From an uncultured Alphaproteobacteria bacterium (lineage in GTDB: Bacteria > Pseudomonadota > Alphaproteobacteria > Micavibrionales > UBA1664): DNA of 64,000 nt. The DNA lies in NCBI GenBank assembly GCA_943789475.1, contig CALSUG010000008.1:110431-174430 (forward strand), given 5' to 3'. The translations under genes were made by a program, and so were the position numbers. The notes under the pieces are model-generated. The model was given only the letters and a program-made list of their open reading frames with translations. It was not told the DNA's origin and searched no databases. Positions 9,109 through 19,203 of the stretch are shown piece after piece (the stretch's first letter is position 1; the number at the start of each line of letters is the position of its first letter).

Positions 9109-9876
9109 ATGTCCAATATGGACACGATTAAAACATTTGCCATTAATGTTCTGTCGAATGAATTTCGTCGTGAACGTATTTTGGATCAATCCGAAAAGGC
9201 CGGTGTTGATATTCAAATATTTGATGCGATAACACCTGATACTATGGCAGGTATTCTGCATACCTATAACCCAACAAAAACACGTCATTTTACAGGGCGT
9301 GAGTTGATGGAAACGGAAAAGGCGTGCGCGCTGTCTCATATCCAATTATGGCGTAAGTTGCAAAAGGACAGTGATGCAGATTATTATCTTATTTTAGAGG
9401 ATGATATTGATATACAACATAATATGGGGAATATCATTAATTCCTTGGATTTATCCAAAATTGACTTCCTTAAATTAAGCGGTCAACAAAACCGCCCGAT
9501 GAAAAAATTAGGTGATGTGAGTGATGAATTTTCTTTGTATCGCTATGCGTTTGGTCCATTGGACGCTGCCGCCTATATCGTATCAAAACAAGGTGCGCGA
9601 AAATTAGAGGCATATTGCCAAACACTTTTGTCCCCCATTGATATCCTGATGGATCGATCATACGATCATGGTGTTCCCATTTACGGTGTTTTACCTTATG
9701 CAGGTTCAACCCAATTTAATTTTGAAAGTGATGATCCGCTTTTTACCGATATCGGTGTGCGCGATCATAAATATGCTCCTGACATTACAAGGTGTGAAAA
9801 GCTAATCGTAAAATATCATAGATTAGCGGGAAGTTTAAAACGCCATCTTGCCACGCTTAGTTTGCATTTCTCTTGA
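9109..9876 (+). CDS. glycosyltransferase family 25 (LPS/LOS beta-1,4-galactosyltransferase-like)
   Basis: 255 aa. FAINVLSNEFRRERI..., EKACALSHIQLWRKL and YYLILEDDIDI match the GT25 (Lic2B/LgtB-type) pattern. It starts 5 nt after the pheS stop. Confidence 0.7.
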   Translation: MSNMDTIKTFAINVLSNEFRRERILDQSEKAGVDIQIFDAITPDTMAGILHTYNPTKTRHFTGRELMETEKACALSHIQLWRKLQKDSDADYYLILEDDIDIQHNMGNIINSLDLSKIDFLKLSGQQNRPMKKLGDVSDEFSLYRYAFGPLDAAAYIVSKQGARKLEAYCQTLLSPIDILMDRSYDHGVPIYGVLPYAGSTQFNFESDDPLFTDIGVRDHKYAPDITRCEKLIVKYHRLAGSLKRHLATLSLHFS

Positions 9877-9930
9877 TATTTTGATTTTCATAATGTATCT
9901 TTTGTTTCAAATTTAAGTGAGAGATATATT

Positions 9931-10245
9931 ATGTTCGATACGTTACCGCAGGATGATAGAAAAAGATTGCTCGCAAATATTGGGTTGGCACCACATGAAG
10001 GTACAACTCTTATGCTTACATTTGAAAATAGTGCAAAATTAGTTGACCGTGGAGAGATTATTTCAAGAGCGCTTGAAAGTTATCATCTGTGTTGTTCTAC
10101 TCCGTTAAATGGAGGTGAATTTTATAATACTCTTGCAATTGACTCTCTGACACCTAAACAAGCTGAAATGATACTCAAAACACCAACATTTCATGAAATG
10201 CGTCAACAGCATGGAATTAAAACCGCGAGAATACTTGCAGCTTAA
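9931..10245 (+). CDS. hypothetical small protein
   Basis: 104-aa ORF between the GT25 gene and pheT. No motif recognised. Confidence 0.35.
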   Translation: MFDTLPQDDRKRLLANIGLAPHEGTTLMLTFENSAKLVDRGEIISRALESYHLCCSTPLNGGEFYNTLAIDSLTPKQAEMILKTPTFHEMRQQHGIKTARILAA

Positions 10246-10322
10246 AACCGTAACTGTCGCCTTGCCTTTTCTTATGAGTATCTGGTAAAAAGGATGCAAT
10301 AAATAATGAAAGACATGAATAG

Positions 10323-12734
10323 ATGAAATTTACACTTAATTGGCTCAAAGAATATTTAGATACAAGTGCGCCAAGTCATACGACGACGGATGAAATTATT
10401 GAAAAATTGACAGACCTCGGTTTGGAGGTTGAAGAAGTTGAAAATAAGGCTGATGTATATGCACCATTTAAGGTCGCAAAGGTAAAGTCAGCGGAACAAC
10501 ACCCAGATGCGGATCGTTTGCGTGTATGTCAGGTTGAAACTGACCGTGGTATGGTACAAGTCGTATGTGGAGCGCCAAATGCAAAGACTGGCATGACTGC
10601 AATTTTTGCACCTGAGGGGGCATATATTCCTGGCCTTGATACGACATTACAAAAGGGTGTTATTCGCGGACAAGAATCATGTGGTATGTTGGTGTCTGAG
10701 CGTGAAATGTGTTTATCGGACGAGCATAACGGTATTATCGCATTAGATGGTGATTATGAAATTGGTACACCGATTGCTGATATTTTCGATGGCCTTGATG
10801 ATGTTATCGTTGAAATCGGATTAACGCCTGACCGTGCCGATTGTGCAGGAATATCAGGTATCGCACGTGATTTATCTGCGGCAGGGTGTGGAACATTCAA
10901 GATGCCTGAGCGTCCAGTATTTGATTCAAAATTTAAAAGCGCTGTTAATGTATTTACTGATACACTTGAGACATGCCCTCATTTCACAGGACGTCAAATT
11001 AAGGGTGTTAAAAATGGTGAAAGCCCTGCGTGGTTAAAGGCAAAATTGGAATCAATTGGCTTGCGACCAATTTCGATCTTAGTTGATATTACGAATTATT
11101 TTTGTATTGGTCTTAATCGCCCATTGCATGTTTATGATGTTAATCGTTTGAACGGTGATATTCGTGTTAAGCAAGCCAAAGGTGGCGAAACATTTGATGC
11201 CTTGAATGACAAATCATACACGCTTCACGGTGGTGAGACTGTTATCACGGATGATAATGGTGTTCTTGGGCTTGGTGGAATTGTTGGTGGCACATCAACA
11301 GGATGTGGAATGGATACAACGGATGTATTTCTTGAGTGTGCTTATTTTGATCCAACGCACACGGCGGTTACGGGACGTAAACACCAAGTGATAACAGATG
11401 CGCGATATCGTTTTGAACGTGGTGTTGATCCTGAATTTACGGCATATGGTATGGATTTGGCCACGCAAATGATCGTTGATCTTTGTGGTGGTGAAGTGAG
11501 TGATATGGTTGAGGCGGGTGCACCAATCAAAACTGACCGCACATACAATTTTGATCCACAAATGACGAAGCGTTTGACTGGTGTTGAGATAGAAGAAAAA
11601 GAACAGCTTTATATTTTAGGAACACTCGGTTTTGAAATTGATGGCGACAGTGCACCTTATACAGTGCAAGCACCATCATGGCGCCCTGATATTTTAGGAT
11701 CTGCCGATTTGGTGGAGGAAGTTATTCGCGTATATGGATATGATAAGATTGAAGCTGTGCCAGTTGTTCGGACAACGCAACTGACACAAAATGCATTGTC
11801 ACAAACACATACATTGCGTACATATGCGGGACGTACACTGGCCGATCGTGGCTTGCAAGAATGCATGACATGGTCATTTATGCCCTATGATATGGCCAAT
11901 GAATTTACCGATGGCGACGTAAAACCAGGATTACGCCTAACTAACGCTTTGTCTGTTGAAATGGACACGATGCGCCCATCAATTTTACCCAATTTGATGC
12001 AGGCCGTGGCTAAAAACGCAGATAAGGGATATCCAAACGCTTGCCTATTTGAAACAGGACCTGTGTTTCACGGCGTTGATCCAAATGATCAGATGACTGT
12101 GGCTACGGGCGTGCGTCAAGGTGTTCACGGTGACAAGCATTGGGCAGGTGCGGATGTATCACGCGCGGTTGATGCCTATGATGCAAAGGCCGATGCCTTG
12201 GCCGTTATTCAATCAATTAATCCAACATTAAAACCACAAATTTCGGATGATGCACCATCATATTATCATCCTGGTCGTTCCGGTACGTTGCGGTTGGGTA
12301 AAAATGTGCTGGCAACATTTGGTGAAATGCACCCATCAATTTGTGAAGAAATGAGCATCGAAGGTAATGTTGTTGGATTTGAAGTTATTCTTGAGAATAT
12401 TCCTACCGCAAAAAACAAAACATCGGCACGACCAATGTTAAAATCAAGCTCATTGCAACCTGTCTATCGAGACTTTGCCTTTTTAATGGATGAAAGTGTT
12501 TCTGCGGACACTCTTATTTCTGCAACAAAAAAGGGTGGTGGAAATTTGGTTTCAGATGTTCGTATTTTTGATGTTTATCAAGGTAAAGGTGTTCCAGAAG
12601 GGCAAAAATCAATGGCTGTTTCTGTGCAACTAATGCCAATGGAAAAAACATTGACGGATAAAGAAATTGAAGAGTTATCTCAATCTGTTATCAAACAAGT
12701 CAGTTCAAAAACGGGTGCAACATTGCGCGGTTAA
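10323..12734 (+). CDS. pheT: phenylalanine--tRNA ligase beta subunit
   Basis: 803 aa. MKFTLNWLKEYLD N-terminus, tRNA-binding OB domain (HPDADRLRVCQV), B3/4, B5 and C-terminal FDX-ACB region. Confidence 0.95.
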   Translation: MKFTLNWLKEYLDTSAPSHTTTDEIIEKLTDLGLEVEEVENKADVYAPFKVAKVKSAEQHPDADRLRVCQVETDRGMVQVVCGAPNAKTGMTAIFAPEGAYIPGLDTTLQKGVIRGQESCGMLVSEREMCLSDEHNGIIALDGDYEIGTPIADIFDGLDDVIVEIGLTPDRADCAGISGIARDLSAAGCGTFKMPERPVFDSKFKSAVNVFTDTLETCPHFTGRQIKGVKNGESPAWLKAKLESIGLRPISILVDITNYFCIGLNRPLHVYDVNRLNGDIRVKQAKGGETFDALNDKSYTLHGGETVITDDNGVLGLGGIVGGTSTGCGMDTTDVFLECAYFDPTHTAVTGRKHQVITDARYRFERGVDPEFTAYGMDLATQMIVDLCGGEVSDMVEAGAPIKTDRTYNFDPQMTKRLTGVEIEEKEQLYILGTLGFEIDGDSAPYTVQAPSWRPDILGSADLVEEVIRVYGYDKIEAVPVVRTTQLTQNALSQTHTLRTYAGRTLADRGLQECMTWSFMPYDMANEFTDGDVKPGLRLTNALSVEMDTMRPSILPNLMQAVAKNADKGYPNACLFETGPVFHGVDPNDQMTVATGVRQGVHGDKHWAGADVSRAVDAYDAKADALAVIQSINPTLKPQISDDAPSYYHPGRSGTLRLGKNVLATFGEMHPSICEEMSIEGNVVGFEVILENIPTAKNKTSARPMLKSSSLQPVYRDFAFLMDESVSADTLISATKKGGGNLVSDVRIFDVYQGKGVPEGQKSMAVSVQLMPMEKTLTDKEIEELSQSVIKQVSSKTGATLRG

Positions 12735-13403
12735 ATGAACGTTTTTATCCCCCTTCATCATGCATGTACGTCTTTGGAAAAAGAGACGTACATTCCTGTG
12801 GTTTTGGATGAGAATAAAGCTGATACGCAAGAAACATATTTATTTTTGCACGTTGATGAACACGCTGAATTTGACCTGAATATTGGTCAAGGCGGTGGAA
12901 AAATTTTGGCAAAACCTGCCCTTCACCATGCAAAACGTCTCAATCGTGAAGAATGTGACACAACGGACGCATCATTTTATACAAAACGTGGACAAGAAAT
13001 TGCACAATCCCTTCATTTTGGATCTGCGGTCGAATATTTGGCCGCATGGTTAAATGAAGATCGAAAACAGGCAAATTTTTGTAATGATATTCATGCGGTT
13101 TTATCATTAGATATTCTGGAAAAATGCTCTAAGTGGATGCGTTTGGATTTATTATCTATCTTGGAATCTGAGGCGATGAAGCAAATTTTTGCAGCGCGTT
13201 ACTTTGTTGAAGAAAAACGCGAAAATTTTAGAATACCATCCTCTATACGTACCATGATAAAAGATAGCGCTGATAATATAACAGACCCGTTACTGTCTCG
13301 ATTATTATCAGAGGTCATGCAAACACCGCCGAAAAATTCTGGTGTCGCACATAAATTTGACAAGAAGGCACAGACTCGCATTCAAATTTTTCAAAATTTA
13401 TAA
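12735..13403 (+). CDS. hypothetical protein
   Basis: 222-aa ORF starting immediately after the pheT stop (TAA then ATG). No motif recognised. Confidence 0.4.
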   Translation: MNVFIPLHHACTSLEKETYIPVVLDENKADTQETYLFLHVDEHAEFDLNIGQGGGKILAKPALHHAKRLNREECDTTDASFYTKRGQEIAQSLHFGSAVEYLAAWLNEDRKQANFCNDIHAVLSLDILEKCSKWMRLDLLSILESEAMKQIFAARYFVEEKRENFRIPSSIRTMIKDSADNITDPLLSRLLSEVMQTPPKNSGVAHKFDKKAQTRIQIFQNL

Positions 13404-13482
13404 ATTAAAACGACGTCTTGTTTTCTTTGTCTTTTAACCTTTTTAGGCTACACTATAATCAAATCATAAAGAGGCTATTTTC

Positions 13483-15804
13483 ATGCTTTCAAAAAAACTC
13501 GAAGTCACACTCCATAACGCATTAAATCTTGCCACGGAAAAGGGGCATGATTATGCAACGTTAGAACATCTTTTATTCGCATTAATTGATAATGATGATG
13601 CACGGGCGGTTATGCGTGCATGTGGTGTTGATCTTGATATTTTACGCGAGGAAATAACAACCTATTTGGATACAGAATTAGATGAATTAAAGGGTGATTC
13701 AAAACCGAAAGAATCCAAACCGACAACTGGATTTCAACGTGTTTTACAACGTGCGGCCATTCATGTGCAATCATCAGGACGTGAGGAGGTTACGGGTGCC
13801 AATGTTTTAATCGCATTATTTTCCGAACGTGAATCCCATGCCGTTTACTTCCTTGGTCAACAAGACATGACACGGTTTGACGCGGTAAATTATGTATCCC
13901 ATGGTATTGCAAAGGTTGAGGGGGCAGATGACTTTCACACAGCATCCGCAGATGAATCCGAGGTCGACGCAGAAAATGAAGATGTTCAATCCGGTAAAAA
14001 AGCACTGAACGCCTATTGCCAAAATCTAAACCAAAAGGCAAAAGACGGAAAAATTGACATCCTTATTGGACGTCAAAAAGAGGTTGATCGCACGGTTCAA
14101 ATTTTATGCCGTCGTTCAAAAAATAATCCACTTTATGTTGGTGACCCTGGCGTTGGTAAAACCGCCATTGCCGAAGGGTTGGCAAAACGTATTGTTGATG
14201 GTGATGTACCCGAAGTCTTAAAAAGTACAACTATTTTTTCATTGGATATGGGTGTTTTATTGGCGGGAACAAGATATCGCGGTGATTTTGAAGAACGGCT
14301 GAAGGCAGTTATTACCCAAATCGAAAAAATGCCAAATGCGGTTTTATTCATCGATGAAATTCATACGGTTATTGGTGCTGGATCGACAAGCGGTGGATCA
14401 ATGGATGCATCAAATTTGCTTAAACCTGCGCTTGGACGTGGAACAATAAAGTGCGTTGGATCAACAACATATAAAGAATACAGAAATCACTTTGAAAAAG
14501 ATCGTGCACTTGTACGTCGTTTCCAAAAAATTGATGTTAACGAACCATCGATTGATGATGCCATTAAAATTTTGATGGGATTGAAAAAATATTATGAGGA
14601 TCATCACAACGTTGAGTATTCGAATGAGGCAATCACAACTGCGGTTGAATTATCCGCAAAATACATCGGTGATCGTAAATTACCTGATAAAGCCATCGAC
14701 ATTATTGACGAGGTTGGCGCGGCGCAAAAATTAATTCCCGAAGAAAAGCGTAAAACAAAAATTGATGTTGAAGATATCGAAGCCGTGGTTGCCGTCATTG
14801 CACGTATTCCGGCCAAAACTGTGTCTAAAAACGACCGTGAATCGATTAAAAATTTAGAACGCGACTTAAAGACGATGGTGTTTGGTCAGGATAAGGCGAT
14901 ATTGGCGTTATGTGATGCCGTTAAAATGGCGCGCGCAGGGTTGCGTGATGCGGACAAACCAATTGGATGTTATATGTTTTCTGGACCAACGGGGGTTGGT
15001 AAAACCGAAGTCACAAAACAATTATCAAATACATTAGGGATTGATTTAAAACGATTTGATATGTCAGAATATATGGAACGCCACGCCGTTTCACGCCTTA
15101 TTGGCGCACCTCCCGGATATGTTGGATATGACCAAGGTGGATTATTAACCGATGCGGTCGATCAAAACCCGCATTGTGTTGTTTTGTTAGACGAAGTGGA
15201 AAAAGCACATCCTGATGTGTTTAACCTTCTTCTTCAAGTTATGGATTATGGGAAACTAACCGATAACAACGGTAAAACGGTTGATTTTCGTAATGTGATC
15301 CTCATCATGACAACGAATGCTGGTGCGGCGGACATGGCCAAGGCACCGATTGGATTTACACAAGATCACCGCGTTGATGATGACAAAGAAGCGATTAATC
15401 GTTTGTTTACACCAGAATTTAGAAATCGACTGGACGCAATTGTTCCATTTGCCAACCTCACACCCGAAATTATGCACCGTGTTGTTGATAAATTCATCAT
15501 TCAGTTAGAGGCGCAATTGGCAGACCGTAATGTTACAATTGAATTGAGCCAAGATGCACGCGCCTTGTTGGCCGAACTTGGGTATGATGTTGCCATGGGT
15601 GCACGCCCAATGGGACGTATTATTCAAGAAAAAATCAAAAAACCACTATCCGAAGAATTGTTGTTTGGTGAATTAATTGATGGTGGTGCCGTTCACATCA
15701 GCGTATCAGAAGGCGAATTTGTATTCAGCTACCCCCTTTCAGGACAGAAAACGATTGCTCAAACCGAAATAAAAAAGTTGCCAAAAACAACGGAAGATGC
15801 ATAA
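13483..15804 (+). CDS. clpA: ATP-dependent Clp protease ATP-binding subunit ClpA
   Basis: 773 aa. Clp_N repeats and two AAA+ modules (GDPGVGKTAIAEG and GPTGVGKTEVTKQL Walker A motifs). Confidence 0.95.
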   Translation: MLSKKLEVTLHNALNLATEKGHDYATLEHLLFALIDNDDARAVMRACGVDLDILREEITTYLDTELDELKGDSKPKESKPTTGFQRVLQRAAIHVQSSGREEVTGANVLIALFSERESHAVYFLGQQDMTRFDAVNYVSHGIAKVEGADDFHTASADESEVDAENEDVQSGKKALNAYCQNLNQKAKDGKIDILIGRQKEVDRTVQILCRRSKNNPLYVGDPGVGKTAIAEGLAKRIVDGDVPEVLKSTTIFSLDMGVLLAGTRYRGDFEERLKAVITQIEKMPNAVLFIDEIHTVIGAGSTSGGSMDASNLLKPALGRGTIKCVGSTTYKEYRNHFEKDRALVRRFQKIDVNEPSIDDAIKILMGLKKYYEDHHNVEYSNEAITTAVELSAKYIGDRKLPDKAIDIIDEVGAAQKLIPEEKRKTKIDVEDIEAVVAVIARIPAKTVSKNDRESIKNLERDLKTMVFGQDKAILALCDAVKMARAGLRDADKPIGCYMFSGPTGVGKTEVTKQLSNTLGIDLKRFDMSEYMERHAVSRLIGAPPGYVGYDQGGLLTDAVDQNPHCVVLLDEVEKAHPDVFNLLLQVMDYGKLTDNNGKTVDFRNVILIMTTNAGAADMAKAPIGFTQDHRVDDDKEAINRLFTPEFRNRLDAIVPFANLTPEIMHRVVDKFIIQLEAQLADRNVTIELSQDARALLAELGYDVAMGARPMGRIIQEKIKKPLSEELLFGELIDGGAVHISVSEGEFVFSYPLSGQKTIAQTEIKKLPKTTEDA

Positions 15805-15807
15805 AAA

Positions 15808-16959
15808 GTGGGATTAAAGACCAAATTAAATAACTGGGTTGAAGGCGATATGATCTCACAAGATCAATCCCATTCTATTTTACAATACGAACGATCAAAA
15901 TTACAAAATCGCCTTGCCCTTAGCATGAAATATTCCGCATTATTTGCCATTTTATTAGGGGTTGCCCTTGTCATTGCATCCAACTGGGATTTGCTTGGCA
16001 TGCATACCAAATTAATCGGACATATTGGTATAAACGGCCTATTGGCCTATCTCATTTGGCGATGGAAGGATGATACAGGTAAAAAAATATGGCATGATGT
16101 ATGTGTCTATGGACTGTTTGGATTAACACTGACGTTACTTGCACTTATCGGGCAAAGTTTTCAATTACAAGGAAGCCTCGGTGGGCTACTCGCCCTTTGG
16201 ATGTTTTTGGTAACGGGACTTGTCATGGTACGAGGGCGCAATCCAAAAATTCCAAATCTTTGGTGCTTTGGATTTATTGTAACAATTGGATGTAATTTAG
16301 AAGTCATAGAGACTATAGAACCTTCATATCTTCCATTCTTTATTGTTTTATCCTTGGTTACTTTTATACCTTTGTTGTTCACCGCCATGGGGAATGCAAA
16401 ATGGTTAATCAATATGAACGAACCGTTTGCAAACATGCTGTCACGATATAGCGCTTTTTTTACAATTTTATGCGCATTCGCATCGTCACTTATTTTTTAT
16501 GATGGCGTTGATGAAATCATCAAAAACACACGCCTTTTCACCAGCGACTTCAACCTAATCATCGGATTTTTTATCGTTATTGCGGCACTCGTGTCCCTTT
16601 TGATCATTCAATTTTCACCATCTAAAGATACATTTTTACGAACGGTAACAATAACCGCAATCGCATTCATCTTTGTCCCATTTATTCTTCCTATTGAAAG
16701 TGATGTAATGGCCGCAATTCATTTTATTGGTTTTTCATCCGCCTTAGCATGGATAGCAGTTAGACACGGTCATGATGCATTCCTTAGCCTATGCTTATTC
16801 ACCATCAGCGCGCGAGTGTTCATGATATTTATTGAATTATTCGGCAGTATGTTTGCCACAGGATTTGGCCTTATTATTGGCGGATTATTATTGTTAGGTA
16901 TATTAAAAATAACGCAAATGATTAGAAAAAATATTATAGGAGGCATGCATGAAAAATAA
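15808..16959 (+). CDS. polytopic membrane protein (DUF2157/DUF4401-like)
   Basis: 383 aa with a GTG start 3 nt after clpA and about 10 hydrophobic helices. It is paired with a GDYXXLXY-family gene, as is typical for this family. The family call comes from architecture only. Confidence 0.55.
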   Translation: MGLKTKLNNWVEGDMISQDQSHSILQYERSKLQNRLALSMKYSALFAILLGVALVIASNWDLLGMHTKLIGHIGINGLLAYLIWRWKDDTGKKIWHDVCVYGLFGLTLTLLALIGQSFQLQGSLGGLLALWMFLVTGLVMVRGRNPKIPNLWCFGFIVTIGCNLEVIETIEPSYLPFFIVLSLVTFIPLLFTAMGNAKWLINMNEPFANMLSRYSAFFTILCAFASSLIFYDGVDEIIKNTRLFTSDFNLIIGFFIVIAALVSLLIIQFSPSKDTFLRTVTITAIAFIFVPFILPIESDVMAAIHFIGFSSALAWIAVRHGHDAFLSLCLFTISARVFMIFIELFGSMFATGFGLIIGGLLLLGILKITQMIRKNIIGGMHEK

Positions 16960-17428
16960 ATTTTTACTATTTTGTCTTATCCTTCCTATTTTAATGCCTG
17001 TTTACCTGATTTTTTATCATGGTGCCTATACCAATCATGAATGGCGAATTAAAGTAAGAGGGTATGATCCTCGTGATATATTACGTGGTCGATATATTGA
17101 ATTTCGTTATGATTTTGGCGATACAATTACAACAAAAGAGATTGACGGAGATATATGTTTGAATGGTGATAAAGCAAACCCCAATATCGTTATCGTTAAT
17201 CCTCACTTTAATAAATGTCAGGATATCATTAAAAATTACAAACCTTACCTTGATGAAAGGCAGCGTTTTTATATTCCTGAAAGTTTAGCGAATAGAGCAG
17301 ATAAACTTGTTCGAGGAAACATAAAAGATATTAGTGCAGGCATTAACCTACGTGATGGTTCAATCGTGTTAAAAAACCTGTATTATAAGGATGATTCACT
17401 TATTCAATATTTAAAGGATAATCCATAA
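16949..17428 (+). CDS. GDYXXLXY domain protein
   Basis: 159 aa with an N-terminal TM helix. RGYDPRDILRGRYIEFRYDF matches the GxDPRDxxRGDYxxLxY signature. Confidence 0.7.
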   Translation: MKNKFLLFCLILPILMPVYLIFYHGAYTNHEWRIKVRGYDPRDILRGRYIEFRYDFGDTITTKEIDGDICLNGDKANPNIVIVNPHFNKCQDIIKNYKPYLDERQRFYIPESLANRADKLVRGNIKDISAGINLRDGSIVLKNLYYKDDSLIQYLKDNP

Positions 17429-17429
17429 A

Positions 17430-18764
17430 ATGTCATCGATACTTGTTCTTGGCTCTCATATTCAGGGATTAATTGCCGCGGCATTATCCGCACGACGTGG
17501 CATGAATGTCACTATTGTTGATTTCCCAGAAACGCAAAATGATCACCATACATTGCACGTGCCATTTGTATTACCACATCACGTTATTGATGAACTTGGC
17601 CTAGAATCGCATGGTTTAGAAATACCAAAAGAACAATTAAAAAACCCTTTCAAAAAATTACCGTTTTATGACGGTTTAAAAACGTTAGTCGACATGTTTC
17701 AAAGTTTGGAAGATACACGTCCTGATTACAAAGAAAAGGCGTGGCGAGACGCGTGGGGAACATTTGAAATCGGTCGCGTATTATCAGAATACGACACAGA
17801 TATTCAAAATCTATTTGCGCAAAGTTCAACCCTATCCCTTATCGATCTTGTTAATGCGTCTGAATTAGATGATGCGGAACAGGCCGAAATTATTGCGATA
17901 TGTACGTTAGGTTCCAAAACAGACCCAAGTGCTCAAGGTAGTGCCGCCGCTATTTTACCTGCCATTGCCATTTTTGAACAAAAGAATTGTTCTTATTTTT
18001 ATGGGTCTGGTTACAATCTTGTCACGGCGTTAAAACAAGCATCTTTAAGCAATAATGTGACGATTATAACTGAACAACATGTTGAATCCATTGAAGCAGA
18101 AGGCAAAATAATCACCAATGTTACACTGAACGGCGGCGATATGTTGAACGCAGATCATTATGTTCTTGATTATGATCCTGTTACATTATTCAAACAATAT
18201 CTGAACAATTATTCAATTTTACCCGCATTCAAAAACCGTATTATTCCAAAGCAAAATGTTAAAGAATGTATTCGAGCGCGGGTGTTTTTAAATAAAGCAC
18301 CTGTAACGACATCGCAAATTATCGCCGAAACAAATCAAACCATTTTATCGGCTCGAAATGACATGAAAAAAGATGGTGGCGCACAAAAACCTATCTTATC
18401 CGTCGTGAATACAGAAATGAATAGCTTGGATGTTATTGCACAATATTTTGACCCCGCCGTTGAATCATCAGATGAGGCAAAAAAACAGGCTGTTTTAAAC
18501 AGTTTAAAGGATCAAGATCCTGATATTGAAAAATCTGTTGATCGTATTGAAATAATTCCAATGGCAACACAATTTGGCCAGCCAACATTTGTGGGCACTA
18601 TGCCCCTCTTACAATTGTTTAAAATTTTCTTTGGTCATCATTCCTTGGCCTATGATGTTCCGATTCAGAATTTGCTGATATGTGGTTACGGTGATTTATG
18701 TTCATCTCACCACCATGTTCACCGTGGTGGTGAACGTGTCTCTTCTCTCTTACAATCTTTATAA
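17430..18764 (+). CDS. FAD/NAD(P)-oxidoreductase-like protein with a degenerate dinucleotide-binding motif
   Basis: 444 aa. The N-terminus ILVLGSHIQGLIAAALSARRGMNVTIVD resembles a Rossmann beta-alpha-beta, but GxGxxG is replaced by GSHIQG. Confidence 0.45.
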   Translation: MSSILVLGSHIQGLIAAALSARRGMNVTIVDFPETQNDHHTLHVPFVLPHHVIDELGLESHGLEIPKEQLKNPFKKLPFYDGLKTLVDMFQSLEDTRPDYKEKAWRDAWGTFEIGRVLSEYDTDIQNLFAQSSTLSLIDLVNASELDDAEQAEIIAICTLGSKTDPSAQGSAAAILPAIAIFEQKNCSYFYGSGYNLVTALKQASLSNNVTIITEQHVESIEAEGKIITNVTLNGGDMLNADHYVLDYDPVTLFKQYLNNYSILPAFKNRIIPKQNVKECIRARVFLNKAPVTTSQIIAETNQTILSARNDMKKDGGAQKPILSVVNTEMNSLDVIAQYFDPAVESSDEAKKQAVLNSLKDQDPDIEKSVDRIEIIPMATQFGQPTFVGTMPLLQLFKIFFGHHSLAYDVPIQNLLICGYGDLCSSHHHVHRGGERVSSLLQSL

Positions 18765-18785
18765 GAGGATGATATAAATAATTTC

Positions 18786-19187
18786 ATGAAACGTTTTTTA
18801 GATTATTTTTTAGGTGTTCAATCTCCATTAACTTTCCTCATTCGGCTTTTGCTTTGCGGAAACTATGTTGGTCAAGATCAATTCGGTAATAAATATTACC
18901 GTGCAAAAGCACGTAAAAACTATAATCATGAACGTCGTTGGGTAGATTATTCATCAGGAAATGTCGAGGCTTCAGAAGTGCCACCAGAATTTCATGGATG
19001 GTTGCATCATCAAACAAATGACTTTCCAAAAGAAAAAAGTGGATATAGAAAAGCTTGGCAAAAACCACACACAGCAAATTTAACCGGTACAACGCTGGCT
19101 TACAAACCAGATGGTCACCAATTGGCAAAGGGACAACGTAATCGCGCAACAGGTGATTATGAGGCATGGACGCCAGGAACAAAGTAA
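18786..19187 (+). CDS. NADH:ubiquinone oxidoreductase subunit NDUFA12-like protein
   Basis: 133 aa. GQDQFGNKYYRAK...RRWVDY...SEVPPEFHGWLHHQTN is the NDUFA12 pattern seen in Alphaproteobacteria. Confidence 0.8.
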   Translation: MKRFLDYFLGVQSPLTFLIRLLLCGNYVGQDQFGNKYYRAKARKNYNHERRWVDYSSGNVEASEVPPEFHGWLHHQTNDFPKEKSGYRKAWQKPHTANLTGTTLAYKPDGHQLAKGQRNRATGDYEAWTPGTK

Positions 19188-19203
19188 AAAGGTAATAAAT
19201 AAT

